DNA of 32,000 bases from Opitutales bacterium. Its GTDB lineage: Bacteria; Verrucomicrobiota; Verrucomicrobiia; Opitutales; PNEW01. Positions 16,164-25,555 of the stretch are shown one piece after another. The notes beneath the pieces are model-generated. The model was not told the DNA's origin. It saw only the letters and a program-made list of their open reading frames with translations, and ran no database searches. The position numbers and the translations under genes are program-made. The stretch spans positions 150,001-182,000 of the forward strand of contig CBDCNV010000001.1 of the NCBI GenBank assembly GCA_965219535.1, read 5' to 3'. The first letter of the stretch is position 1, and each line of letters starts with the position of its first letter.

Positions 16164-17498
16164 ATGAATGCAGAAGAAGCCAAATCGTTTTTAAAAGAGA
16201 ACAAGGTTAAATATATTTTGGCGCAGTTTGTGGATATTCATGGTGTAGCGAAAACTAAGGCGGTGCCGGTTGGTCATTTTGATGATATTCTTACCGATGG
16301 CGCAGGTTTCGCAGGCTTTGCCGTTTGGGGCATGGGGCAGGAACCGCATGATCCTGATTTCATGGCCGTGGGCGATCCTTCTACATTAACGCTTGTCCCC
16401 TGGCAGGAGGGGTTCGCGCGGATGGTTTGTACTGGCATGGTAAATAATGAACCTTGGCACTTTGATACGCGCTATATCCTCTCCCAACAATTAAAACGTT
16501 TTGAGGAACGCGGGTGGACATTAAACACCGGGCTGGAACCGGAGTTCATGCTTCTATTAAAAAACGATGACGGTACTGTGAGGCCGGCGGATTCAAGCGA
16601 TCGACTCGATAAACCCTGCTATGATTATAAAGGATTGTCGAGGAGCCGGGGATTTATCGAAAAGCTTGTCGATTCTCTAATGACGGTCGGCTTTGATGTC
16701 TATCAGATCGACCACGAAGATTCGAACGGACAATTTGAAATTAATTTCACTTACACTGACGCGTTGACGACGGCCGATCGCTATATCTTTTTCCGCATGG
16801 CGGCGGGAGAAATAGCCCGTGAATTTGGCGTCATCTGTTCGTTCATGCCTAAACCCATGTCAACGCGTACGGGAAGTGGGATGCACACCCATATCTCGAT
16901 TAGTGACAAAGAGGGAAATCAGTTATTTGAGGACGAGTCGGACAAAAATAATCTCGGCCTCTCTCAACTGGCTTATCATTTCATGGGTGGTCTTTTTGAA
17001 CACGCTCCCGCGCTTGCCGCGTTAGTCGCGCCATCAGTCAATTCCTATAAACGATTAGTCGTCGGGCGGGCGCTCTCCGGAGCAACCTGGGCACCTGCTT
17101 ATATTTCCTATGGCGATAATAACCGAACCAGTATGGTTCGCGTGCCACACGGGCGACTGGAACTAAGGCTCAGTGATTCCAGCTGTAATCCTTATCTCTC
17201 GACGGCGGCAATTATTGTCGCGGGACTGGACGGGATTGAACGCAAACTCGATCCAGGTGATCCGCATAACATTAATCATTACAACTACTCACTTGAAGAA
17301 ATTCAGGCGATGGGGATCAAGGTTCTACCCCAGACATTGAAAGATGCACTAGACGCACTCGAAAAAGATACCTTGTTCAGCGAGCAGCTGGGGAGCGATT
17401 TCATAAAGGAATTTATAATGGTAAAAGATATGGAATGGGTAGAGTACTCACGCCATGTTTCCGATTGGGAAATCGATCGCTATCTTGAATATTATTAA
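16164..17498 (+). CDS. gmaS: Glutamine-synthetase-fold ligase (GlnT / type III-like); by context gamma-glutamylmethylamide synthetase
   Basis: A 444-aa ORF with a GS beta-grasp N-terminus ([21 protein letters not shown]) and a catalytic domain ([41 protein letters not shown]). AGGAG lies 9 nt upstream of the ATG. It sits between mgd-like and mgs-like genes. Confidence 0.75.
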   Translation: MNAEEAKSFLKENKVKYILAQFVDIHGVAKTKAVPVGHFDDILTDGAGFAGFAVWGMGQEPHDPDFMAVGDPSTLTLVPWQEGFARMVCTGMVNNEPWHFDTRYILSQQLKRFEERGWTLNTGLEPEFMLLLKNDDGTVRPADSSDRLDKPCYDYKGLSRSRGFIEKLVDSLMTVGFDVYQIDHEDSNGQFEINFTYTDALTTADRYIFFRMAAGEIAREFGVICSFMPKPMSTRTGSGMHTHISISDKEGNQLFEDESDKNNLGLSQLAYHFMGGLFEHAPALAALVAPSVNSYKRLVVGRALSGATWAPAYISYGDNNRTSMVRVPHGRLELRLSDSSCNPYLSTAAIIVAGLDGIERKLDPGDPHNINHYNYSLEEIQAMGIKVLPQTLKDALDALEKDTLFSEQLGSDFIKEFIMVKDMEWVEYSRHVSDWEIDRYLEYY

Positions 17499-17516
17499 TC
17501 TGTTGGAACCCATTAC

Positions 17517-18407
17517 ATGTGCGGCATCGTAGGACTTTTTGCCAAAAATTCAGAGATGAGAGCATCTCTGGGCAGCTATGTCGTACCGATGATCGTATGT
17601 ATGGGTGATCGCGGTCAGGATTCAGCGGGTCTCGCCGTGTTCTCCGAGCAAAATTCAAAAAATAGTCGTCGCATTAATTTATTCTCCAAGGATGATACTT
17701 TTCCCTGGGACACATTATCGGAGAAACTATCCCAGGAGTTGAAATGTGATATCAATGCAATTGATAACCACGCCGTGGTCATTGCATCGGAGGACCCACA
17801 ACCTGTCATCAAATGGCTGAGTGAACATTATTCAGAACTTTTCGTTCTCTCGATTGGACAAGTGATCGACGTTTATAAAGACACCGGTCACCCGCGGGAG
17901 ATTGCAGATAAATATCGGTTTAACGAATTAAAGGGGACGCACTGTGTGGGCCATACCCGGATGGCAACGGAATCTGCCGTTACGCCCTATCACTCTCATC
18001 CCTTTATTGCGGGTGAAGATTTATGTCTCGTGCATAACGGGTCGCTTTCCAATCACCACAATTTACGCCGTATGCTTGAAAAGCGGGGTATTCCTTTTGA
18101 GACCGACAATGACACCGAAGCGGTCTGTCGCTACATCCAATGGCGTCTGCAGGAAGGCGATTCAATTGAAGAAGCACTGCAAAAGACCTTCGAGGATGTG
18201 GATGGATTTTACACGCTCCTTATCGGCACTGCTGACAGGATAGTTCTTGTCCGCGATGCATTTGCCTGTAAGCCGGCATTAATAGCGGAAACGGACGATT
18301 ATGTGGCTATCGGTTCAGAATTCAGAACGATGGCGCATCTTCCCGAGATTGAAAACGCACAGTTATACGAGCCCAAACCCGAAAAGATTTACTCATGGAA
18401 AGTTTAG
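17517..18407 (+). CDS. mgsA: Class II glutamine amidotransferase domain protein (GltB N-terminal-domain-like); NMG synthase subunit A by context
   Basis: MCGIVGLF provides the Cys2 nucleophile, and HTRMATES...HPF...VHNGSLSNH is the Ntn-amidotransferase pattern. Confidence 0.8.
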   Translation: MCGIVGLFAKNSEMRASLGSYVVPMIVCMGDRGQDSAGLAVFSEQNSKNSRRINLFSKDDTFPWDTLSEKLSQELKCDINAIDNHAVVIASEDPQPVIKWLSEHYSELFVLSIGQVIDVYKDTGHPREIADKYRFNELKGTHCVGHTRMATESAVTPYHSHPFIAGEDLCLVHNGSLSNHHNLRRMLEKRGIPFETDNDTEAVCRYIQWRLQEGDSIEEALQKTFEDVDGFYTLLIGTADRIVLVRDAFACKPALIAETDDYVAIGSEFRTMAHLPEIENAQLYEPKPEKIYSWKV

Positions 18408-19081
18408 ATTTAGCCGCTCAAAGCGTGCGAGAGATCAACCAGTTTTTTCACGACCTCAATTCCTCGGACACGCGTGAATGTGAGATTCACCACCCAAACG
18501 GCGCACACAATATCGCTGTCGGACTCGATGCTCCGGTCAAGGTCCACATCCGCGGTCATGCCGGTTATTTTATCGCCGGCATGAACAAGCAAGCTGAAGT
18601 CACCATTCACGGTAACGTGGGTTGGAGCGTTGGAGAAAATATGATGTCAGGCGTGGTCAGAGTAAATGGATTTGCTTCTGAATGCGCAGGTTCATCCGGG
18701 CATGGCGGACACCTGATCATTGACGGCGATGCCTCATCCCGTTGTGGCATTTCGATGAAAGGCTCCTCTATCGTAGTCGGCGGAAATGTAGGCCATATGT
18801 CCGCCTTCATGGCTCAGGCCGGGTATTTGCTCATATGCGGGGATGCAGATCACGGATTAGGCGATTCCCTCTATGAAGCGGTCATCTATGTGAGAGGTAA
18901 AATCCACGGCCTTGGGGCGGATGCGAGGGAAGAACCGATGGAAGAATCCGATTACACCAAAGTAAATGAACTTTTAGAAATGGCGAAGTTCAACCATGAT
19001 CCTAAAGAATTTAAACGAATAGCCTCGGCGAAGGCTCTTTATCACTGGTCTCCTAATTCCAAACAGTTTGCTGTCCTATGA
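18395..19081 (+). CDS. mgsB: GXGXG-motif protein (glutamate synthase alpha-subunit C-terminal-domain-like); NMG synthase subunit B by context
   Basis: Repeated beta-helix G-x-G motifs (IRGHAGYFIAGM, IHGNVGWSVGENM, VGGNVGHMSAFMAQAG, ICGDADHGLGDS). It overlaps mgsA by 13 nt. Confidence 0.8.
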   Translation: MESLDLAAQSVREINQFFHDLNSSDTRECEIHHPNGAHNIAVGLDAPVKVHIRGHAGYFIAGMNKQAEVTIHGNVGWSVGENMMSGVVRVNGFASECAGSSGHGGHLIIDGDASSRCGISMKGSSIVVGGNVGHMSAFMAQAGYLLICGDADHGLGDSLYEAVIYVRGKIHGLGADAREEPMEESDYTKVNELLEMAKFNHDPKEFKRIASAKALYHWSPNSKQFAVL

Positions 19082-20424
19082 ATTCCAATCAAAGCCGAGA
19101 AGAAAGTTTTTCCTACAACCAGAAGATATTGAATTATATCTATCAGGCAGCCGAAACAGGCGTCTACGATATACGTGGGTTGGGGGCGAAACGTCATTTA
19201 CCGACATTCGATGATCTCGTTTTTCTCACCGCCTCGATGTCGAGATACCCCTTGGAAGGTTATCGAGAAAAATGTGAAACCAAAACGGTACTGGGAACAC
19301 GTCATGCAAAGAAGCCGATCAGACTGGATATTCCCATTACCATTGCCGGAATGAGTTTTGGCGCCTTGTCCGCCAATGTTAAGGAAGCCATTGGGCGCGC
19401 GGCGACTGCGATGGGAACCTCAACAACTACCGGGGACGGTGGAATGACGCAGGAGGAGCGTCAATCTTCCAAGACCCTCGTTTATCAGGTCTTACCATCA
19501 AGATATGGATTTAATCCCGACGATTTGCGCAAGGCCGATGCGATTGAAATCGTGGTTGGTCAAGGGGCTAAACCCGGTGGCGGGGGAATGTTACTCGGAT
19601 TGAAAGTCGGGGAGAGAGTCGCAGAAATGAGAACCCTGCCCGAGGGAATTGATCAGCGTTCGGCTTGCCGGCATCCCGACTGGACGGGCCCCGATGATCT
19701 CGCAATTAAAATTCTTGAGCTGCGCGAAATTACAGACTGGGAAATACCCATCTATGTCAAGATCGGTGCCACACGCGTTAAAGATGACGTCAAACTGGCG
19801 GTGAAATCGGGCGCTGATGTCGTCGTCATTGACGGTATGCAGGGGGGGACAGCGGCCACCCAGGAAACATTTATCGAACACGCGGGCATACCCACCTTAC
19901 CCGCCATTCGCCTCGCGGTTGAGGCACTCCAGGAAATCGATATGTATGGCAAAGTGCAGCTCATACTTTCGGGAGGTATACGCACCGGTGCAGATGCAGC
20001 CAAGGCTTTAGCCCTCGGTGCAGATGCTGTTTCTCTAGGACAGGCAGTCCTCATGGCGCTGGGTTGCAACAGCCCTCACTACGTAATCGGAGATGAGAAT
20101 GTAGACGTCACCAGCGAGTACCAAGCACTGGGTACAAGTCCCGGATATTGTCATCACTGTCACACCGGTCGCTGCCCGGTAGGTGTGACGACACAGCTAC
20201 CCGACCTTGAGAAACGCATGCAACCGGAATGGGGTGCCCGCCGTTTAACAAATTATCTGCGGACCGTTACGATGGAAATGACGACCCTGGCACGCGCTTG
20301 CGGAAACTCCAATGTTCACCATCTCGAACGGGAGGACCTTGTCGCACTCACAATCGAAGCGGCCGCAATGGCTAAATTGCCCCTCGCGGGCACCGATTGG
20401 ATCCCGGGAGAAGAAAAACTTTGA
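19078..20424 (+). CDS. mgsC: FMN-binding glutamate synthase central-domain-like protein; NMG synthase subunit C by context
   Basis: GMSFGALS...IEIVVGQGAKPGGGGML...VVIDGMQGGTAA...SGGIRTGADAAKALALGADAV is the GltB FMN-domain pattern. An ATGA start/stop overlap links it to mgsB. Confidence 0.85.
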   Translation: MNSNQSREESFSYNQKILNYIYQAAETGVYDIRGLGAKRHLPTFDDLVFLTASMSRYPLEGYREKCETKTVLGTRHAKKPIRLDIPITIAGMSFGALSANVKEAIGRAATAMGTSTTTGDGGMTQEERQSSKTLVYQVLPSRYGFNPDDLRKADAIEIVVGQGAKPGGGGMLLGLKVGERVAEMRTLPEGIDQRSACRHPDWTGPDDLAIKILELREITDWEIPIYVKIGATRVKDDVKLAVKSGADVVVIDGMQGGTAATQETFIEHAGIPTLPAIRLAVEALQEIDMYGKVQLILSGGIRTGADAAKALALGADAVSLGQAVLMALGCNSPHYVIGDENVDVTSEYQALGTSPGYCHHCHTGRCPVGVTTQLPDLEKRMQPEWGARRLTNYLRTVTMEMTTLARACGNSNVHHLEREDLVALTIEAAAMAKLPLAGTDWIPGEEKL

Positions 20425-20518
20425 TCACCCACTACCCTTCTATAATCCTACTCAATAATATATTTTTCCAAAAAAAAGATCTTGTGATTCTTATGCATCT
20501 TGTGGCTATCTAAAACCT

Positions 20519-21550
20519 ATGGCAGATCAAATCGTTAATAAATTAAATATTGCAGTGACCACGCCGATTCTCCCGGACGGAAATGTTTCGGAAGAACAAT
20601 TTAAAGCTCATATTAGAAATTTGAGGGAGAAGGGATTTGATGGAGAACCGATCATCGATGGAATTGTAACCGCCGCTTTAAACGGTGAAGCCAAATTCCT
20701 CAATCAAAAGCAGCGGGAACAACTGATTCAGTATACGGGAGAATACCGGGAAGAGGATCCCGATATTAACTTAATGGTCGCCACACTCAGAGCTACCGAG
20801 GAGGAGCTGGACGAAGACTTCAAGACCCTGGATAGCAAAAATTTTACCGCCCTCGTGATTGCGCCCCCGATGAATGACCCCGATCTCACTGATGAAAAGA
20901 TGGCAGATATCGTGGAGAAGGGATTTCAAATTACCGGACTGCCCATTTTGTTATACAACACACAACAGGCAATCTTTACCTGCCGATTAAGTACCGTGCA
21001 AGCGGCATACAAACGTATCGGAAAGAACCTGCTGGGAATTAAAGACACACAAAACACCGATGTCATGACTCGCGATTATTCCAAACTGGTAAGAAGGGAA
21101 GGCAGTAGTGCCGTGCTGCCGATCATTATAGCCCAGGGTATGGATAAGCTCTTGGCCCCGGTGTGGGAAGAACAGAGCGTATTAAGAGATCAGGGGCTTT
21201 ATAACTATGAACCGACTAATATTTCCGGTTCATCTAATATAAAGGACCTGGCAATTTTAACCGGCTACATGAAACATTATATCAAAAAAGGAAGTTGGGA
21301 TATAGTTTTCGAAATTCAAAATTGTCTTAATACTGAATTTATGACGCTTCTGTTATGGAATGTTGTCGCCCTGGGAGGAGAACAGGGGACTTGGAAGTCG
21401 ACGGTTAATTTTGAAATTCCAGACTATCCAATAGCCACGGTTGAAAATCCTCTAAGCCCAATTAAGACCCTCACGCCTGAACAGGTAGCGCAGAAGCACG
21501 CAACTTGCCGTTACATTAAAGAACGCATAAAAGCATTTGCGCCGAATTAA
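20519..21550 (+). CDS. Divergent DapA/NanA-like (class I aldolase fold) protein
   Basis: LPILLYNTQQ...LLGIKDTQNTD aligns by eye to DHDPS P.ILYNVP...VGIKEASGD (Tyr146, Lys175, 29 residues apart). GIVTAALNGEAKFLNQKQREQLIQ aligns to the GTTGE helix, but the Thr-Thr is replaced by Leu-Asn. At 343 aa it is about 45-50 aa longer than typical family members. Confidence 0.55.
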   Translation: MADQIVNKLNIAVTTPILPDGNVSEEQFKAHIRNLREKGFDGEPIIDGIVTAALNGEAKFLNQKQREQLIQYTGEYREEDPDINLMVATLRATEEELDEDFKTLDSKNFTALVIAPPMNDPDLTDEKMADIVEKGFQITGLPILLYNTQQAIFTCRLSTVQAAYKRIGKNLLGIKDTQNTDVMTRDYSKLVRREGSSAVLPIIIAQGMDKLLAPVWEEQSVLRDQGLYNYEPTNISGSSNIKDLAILTGYMKHYIKKGSWDIVFEIQNCLNTEFMTLLLWNVVALGGEQGTWKSTVNFEIPDYPIATVENPLSPIKTLTPEQVAQKHATCRYIKERIKAFAPN

Positions 21551-21563
21551 AGAGATAAAGCGA

Positions 21564-21587
21564 AAATGCGTGTATGAGCGAATGAGG
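21564..21587. repeat. Short degenerate AATGCG-type 8-mer array
   Basis: AAATGCGT GTATGAGC GAATGAGG is three 8-nt units. The preceding AAGCGAAAATGCG closely matches AAGCGAAAACGCG at 7094-7106. As with the 7036 array, it lies just after a + strand stop codon. Confidence 0.45.
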
Positions 21588-21652
21588 CTGGTATTCGTAA
21601 ACACAATGAATATTCGCCTGGAGTGGAAGATGCTAAATACAGGCTTTGGGTG

Positions 21653-22996
21653 TTAGGGCTTACACTCAGCGGCCATCCGCATTTTTAATAATAAAGTTGT
21701 AAGTAATAAGAGAATTCCCGCTCCGAGGGTGATAATCGAAAAGCTCCATTGGAATCCATTGATTATCAGGACGGGAGCGAGGGTAACAAGTAATACTTCG
21801 AGCGGACCAATAGCAAAGTAGGCGATGGCAAAGTCACTGAGAACATTGGCTTTATTTTTTGCGTCGACGATTCGCAAAAGCGCAATGGCTATCGCCATAA
21901 TTCCCGTGATCCACCCCCAGGTGTATAGAGATTTTTCAAACCAGTATTCCCGAAAAATAATCGGCCCAAGATAACGAAAAAGCGCCCAACAGAAAAGGAT
22001 CCCGACAATAAAAAGGCCAATCAGAGGAAACGCATATTTAATAAGTACAGGTATTTGAATGGAGGTAATACCAAATACGACAAGTAAATCGGTAAATGAT
22101 CCGCAAAGACGTAGAGAAATTTTCTGATCAATGTATTGATACCCGCGAAACGTTTTCAATCCCCACTTAAGTAAAATTGCGACTAAGAAGGCTAAAGAAA
22201 AAGTTGGAATGCGGTAGCCGCTCATTATATCGAAACTCCATATTCCAATATAATAACCGATCACCGCGGCTGAAGCGATGATCGCGAAATGAAATATTAT
22301 AGGATCAATCGTGAGGGGGGACACTGTCTCACTCCCCAGTGATTCCCGTTTATTTTCTGGAACCAGGCCGGTGCGCAACTCAACGGGTAAATCTTTAAAT
22401 GGCGAAATAAAATTAGTGACTCCTTTTTGCGATCCCCACCCGATCCATAGCAGACCACCAACAATTGAACATAAAATTCCAGCGGTAGCGGAAATCATAG
22501 CGAGGGATTGCGCCTCATCCCACCCGCGTTCAATAAAAGTACTGCCTATTGCCGCGGCAGTGCCGTGGCCACCCACAAATCCAGCCGCTAATAGGGTTCC
22601 AAACCCGGGGTGTAGCTCAGGCCAGATAAAACCTAATACAGCTAAAGCAAAGAGCGTTCCCAGTCCCCACTGACAAAGTACAGCAATGCTAGAGTATGCG
22701 CCTATTTCACCTGCCCTCGGGCCACCGGTTTTCAGGATAAAATCTTTAGAAGTGAATGGAAGTGAAGCAAAAATAAACGCGATCAAGATACCGGGGAAAT
22801 TCACAATGAAATCAGAAAATGGCAGCCACTCAAAACCGTTAGGCCCCAGGATGAGCCCCAAAAATCCCGCGATTATACTCGCGGGTAAAAACAACTTTTG
22901 TAGAATGACTATCCTGCTGCGCAGCCATTGTCCAAAGAGAAGAAGAATCGCGACCAAGCCAATGTCGACAAATATACTCCATGCTGTATTATCCAC
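21653..22996 (-). CDS. gltS: Sodium/glutamate symporter, GltS family
   Basis: A polytopic 447-aa ORF. GFVGGHGTAAAIGSTFIERGWDEAQSLAMISATAGILCSIVGG aligns by eye to E. coli GltS SGGHGTGAAWSKLFIERYGF...AMACATFGLVLGGLIGG. It has a GTG start. Confidence 0.75.
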   Translation of the reverse strand: MDNTAWSIFVDIGLVAILLLFGQWLRSRIVILQKLFLPASIIAGFLGLILGPNGFEWLPFSDFIVNFPGILIAFIFASLPFTSKDFILKTGGPRAGEIGAYSSIAVLCQWGLGTLFALAVLGFIWPELHPGFGTLLAAGFVGGHGTAAAIGSTFIERGWDEAQSLAMISATAGILCSIVGGLLWIGWGSQKGVTNFISPFKDLPVELRTGLVPENKRESLGSETVSPLTIDPIIFHFAIIASAAVIGYYIGIWSFDIMSGYRIPTFSLAFLVAILLKWGLKTFRGYQYIDQKISLRLCGSFTDLLVVFGITSIQIPVLIKYAFPLIGLFIVGILFCWALFRYLGPIIFREYWFEKSLYTWGWITGIMAIAIALLRIVDAKNKANVLSDFAIAYFAIGPLEVLLVTLAPVLIINGFQWSFSIITLGAGILLLLTTLLLKMRMAAECKP

Positions 22997-23161
22997 GCCC
23001 CTACTTAATAATATTTAATACACCGATGAAATGAAATAATGTGGCAAAATGCTTTTACTCATAAACGATGTGCTACTCAATACATCTCGTTGGATTCCAC
23101 TCCCATCATACATCTTCACTGACTTTTGAATTTTAGAACTGGGTTAAACTCTCTCCCCCTA

Positions 23162-23359
23162 ATGACCTCACCGACAGTATCAACTCAAGTTCCCCCATCC
23201 CTAAACACAGCTGTCATCTTAGCCGCGGGAATAGGCGTGCGCCTGAAAACTGTATATAATGAAGCGCCCAATTGTTTGTTAGAATTGACGGTAAAGCTAT
23301 TATTCAACCTGACTGAATTCACGGAAGAGGCATTAATAAGTGAGATACTTAAACGCTAA
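23162..23359 (+). pseudogene. N-terminal remnant of a sugar-phosphate nucleotidyltransferase-like gene (about 65 codons)
   Basis: TAVILAAGIGVRLKTVYNEAPNCLLEL matches the N-terminal AILAAG.G.RL......PK.L.E. signature of NTP-transferase-fold enzymes (normally about 230-250 aa). The frame stops after about 65 codons and overlaps the next gene's start. Confidence 0.4.
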
Positions 23360-24653
23360 GCTCGGAATTACACTAACCCCGATTTTCTTTGGTTTAGCAC
23401 TGCTTGTCGTGTTAATTATAGGTTGGGGGTACTACCACTCCAAGGGAAAGCAAAGCCAGAGCGAAGATGAAAAAGTCCGTCTAGTCCTTGCAATTAATGT
23501 TAGTCATAGAGAACGGCCATTCTTTGTAGAGACGGTCGATGCATTTATGAAAGAACACCCAAACATTGAGGTGGAAATTCGGAACATAGCCGGGGTCAGG
23601 TATTATCAAAAAATACTCATCATGATGGCGGGTAAAGTGGCGCCCGATTTAATGTGGATGGGACAGAGCTTTGCAGAATTTGCTTATAAAGGGGCGTTTC
23701 TCGACATCACTGATCGTCTGAAAGATATTCCGACCGATGAGTTTTTACCCCAGGCCCTGAGCTGGTATCGCATGAATGGACGGCAGTACGGGGTGCCCTA
23801 TGCCATTCATATGCGCATCTTCGCTTATAATAAAAAACTTTTTGATGAAGCCGGTATTCCCTACCCCTCTGATGACTGGGACTTCGATGATTTTTTGGAA
23901 ATAACTAAAAAATTGACGTTGGATAGGGATGGCGATGGGCAAATAGATCAATATGGGTTCCGTGGCGGTTTACACCGTGCAACGTTTGGCGCGGAAATAT
24001 TTTCTGATGATGGACAGTTGGCGCTTTGTAATACACCTGAAATGCTTAACTTTTTTCAGACAAGACTGGACTTGGCCTTTAAATATAAAGTTCAACCCAC
24101 AATGGAACTGAGAAATCAGGAAGGAAGAAATTCATCCATTGAAAGGTATGCCCCTTTTGCCCAGGGAAGATACGCGATAATCGATGCAGGAAATGGGGAT
24201 CGTGTCGTCATGCTGGAAAAATGTGCCGATATAGACTGGGATTACGTCCTCTGTCCCAAAGTAAAACGGCACGCTCAGTGGTCATCAAGCGCGGCGATAG
24301 TTATTTCTGCCGATACGCGACATCCCGATGAATCATGGGAACTTTGTAAAGTATTCATCGGTGATAAATTCCAGAAATCAATGTCCCTTTCCGGAATGCC
24401 GACAAATATTAATGCAGCGGAAGAAGTCATTGCCGAACACCGGGGTACGCCCTCAAATCTAAAAGCAGTACTAAAAGCATACGATTTCCTCTACCCTACT
24501 CCGCGCGTTCCCAATTTAAAGGAGCTGGAAGCGATATATGTCGATGCGGAAGAAAAAATAATGTTGCGTATGGCGACACCCAGAGACGCGTTGGACGATG
24601 CACAAAGAAAGATGACCCTCGCGATCAAGAAATTAAACGAGAGAAACCGATGA
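23340..24653 (+). CDS. ABC transporter substrate-binding protein (extracellular solute-binding family 1, CUT1-like), membrane-anchored
   Basis: A 437-aa ORF with an N-terminal hydrophobic anchor ITLTPIFFGLALLVVLIIGWGYY and no lipobox Cys. SBP-like motifs include VAPDLMWMGQSF and YGVPYAIHMRIFAYNKKLFDEAGIPYP. It has a GTG start, and its stop overlaps the next start. Confidence 0.75.
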   Translation: MRYLNAKLGITLTPIFFGLALLVVLIIGWGYYHSKGKQSQSEDEKVRLVLAINVSHRERPFFVETVDAFMKEHPNIEVEIRNIAGVRYYQKILIMMAGKVAPDLMWMGQSFAEFAYKGAFLDITDRLKDIPTDEFLPQALSWYRMNGRQYGVPYAIHMRIFAYNKKLFDEAGIPYPSDDWDFDDFLEITKKLTLDRDGDGQIDQYGFRGGLHRATFGAEIFSDDGQLALCNTPEMLNFFQTRLDLAFKYKVQPTMELRNQEGRNSSIERYAPFAQGRYAIIDAGNGDRVVMLEKCADIDWDYVLCPKVKRHAQWSSSAAIVISADTRHPDESWELCKVFIGDKFQKSMSLSGMPTNINAAEEVIAEHRGTPSNLKAVLKAYDFLYPTPRVPNLKELEAIYVDAEEKIMLRMATPRDALDDAQRKMTLAIKKLNERNR

Positions 24654-25555
24654 AAAAAGAACAAGATATTACAGCGTTCGTTTTTCTCTCACCCAATATA
24701 TTTGGATTCCTGGTATTTACCCTTTTCCCAGTCCTAGCCGCATTTGCCTTGAGTTTATTTCGCTGGGATATTTTTCACGCTCCTAAATTTATAGATCTTC
24801 AAAATTATTTCGATCTTCTGGGCTGGGTTTTTGAGGATAAATCTTTCCAATGGATCGATCCCGACTTTTGGAAATATCTCGGCAATACGGTATTTTATCT
24901 ATTGGCGATACCCTTAAGCATGGCGGCATCTTTATTCCTTGCGATAACTCTAAATCAAAAACTTCGGTGTCGGATTTTCTTTCGCACCGTGTTCTTTCTT
25001 CCCACTATCTCAGCGAGTGTAGGTTTGTTGATTCTTTGGAAGTATCTTTACAACGGTGATTATGGCCTATTCAACTTCCTTTTATCCAAAATCGGTATCG
25101 ACGGCCCGGGCTGGCTTACCGATTATCACTGGGCGAAACCTTCGATAATGATGATGATGATCTGGGGCAGTATGGGAGGAGTTGCCATGGTCATCTACCT
25201 CGCCGGTCTCCAGAACATCCCTCGCGAACTCTATGAAGCCGCGGAACTTGACGGCGCTAACGGCTGGAATCAATTTTGCCATATCACCTGGCCGATGTTG
25301 GCCCCGACTACTTTCTTCATTTTCGTTACATCGATAATCGCCGGTTTTCAAAGCGGTTTTGATGCCGCTTATATATTGACTCAAGGAGGACCGGCAGGCG
25401 CTACAACGACCCTTGATTATTACATATATAATCACGCTTTTGTCTATTTCAATATGGGTTACGCGGCAACGATCGCGGTTGTTTTATTCTTTATCGTCTT
25501 CTGCGTCACAATGATAAATTGGCGATTTGGAGGGAGGAAAGTTCATTATGGGTAA
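24650..25555 (+). CDS. ABC transporter permease (MalF/UgpA-like)
   Basis: Six predicted hydrophobic segments and the EAA loop YEAAELDGANGWNQFCHITWPML. Confidence 0.85.
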   Translation: MKKEQDITAFVFLSPNIFGFLVFTLFPVLAAFALSLFRWDIFHAPKFIDLQNYFDLLGWVFEDKSFQWIDPDFWKYLGNTVFYLLAIPLSMAASLFLAITLNQKLRCRIFFRTVFFLPTISASVGLLILWKYLYNGDYGLFNFLLSKIGIDGPGWLTDYHWAKPSIMMMMIWGSMGGVAMVIYLAGLQNIPRELYEAAELDGANGWNQFCHITWPMLAPTTFFIFVTSIIAGFQSGFDAAYILTQGGPAGATTTLDYYIYNHAFVYFNMGYAATIAVVLFFIVFCVTMINWRFGGRKVHYG

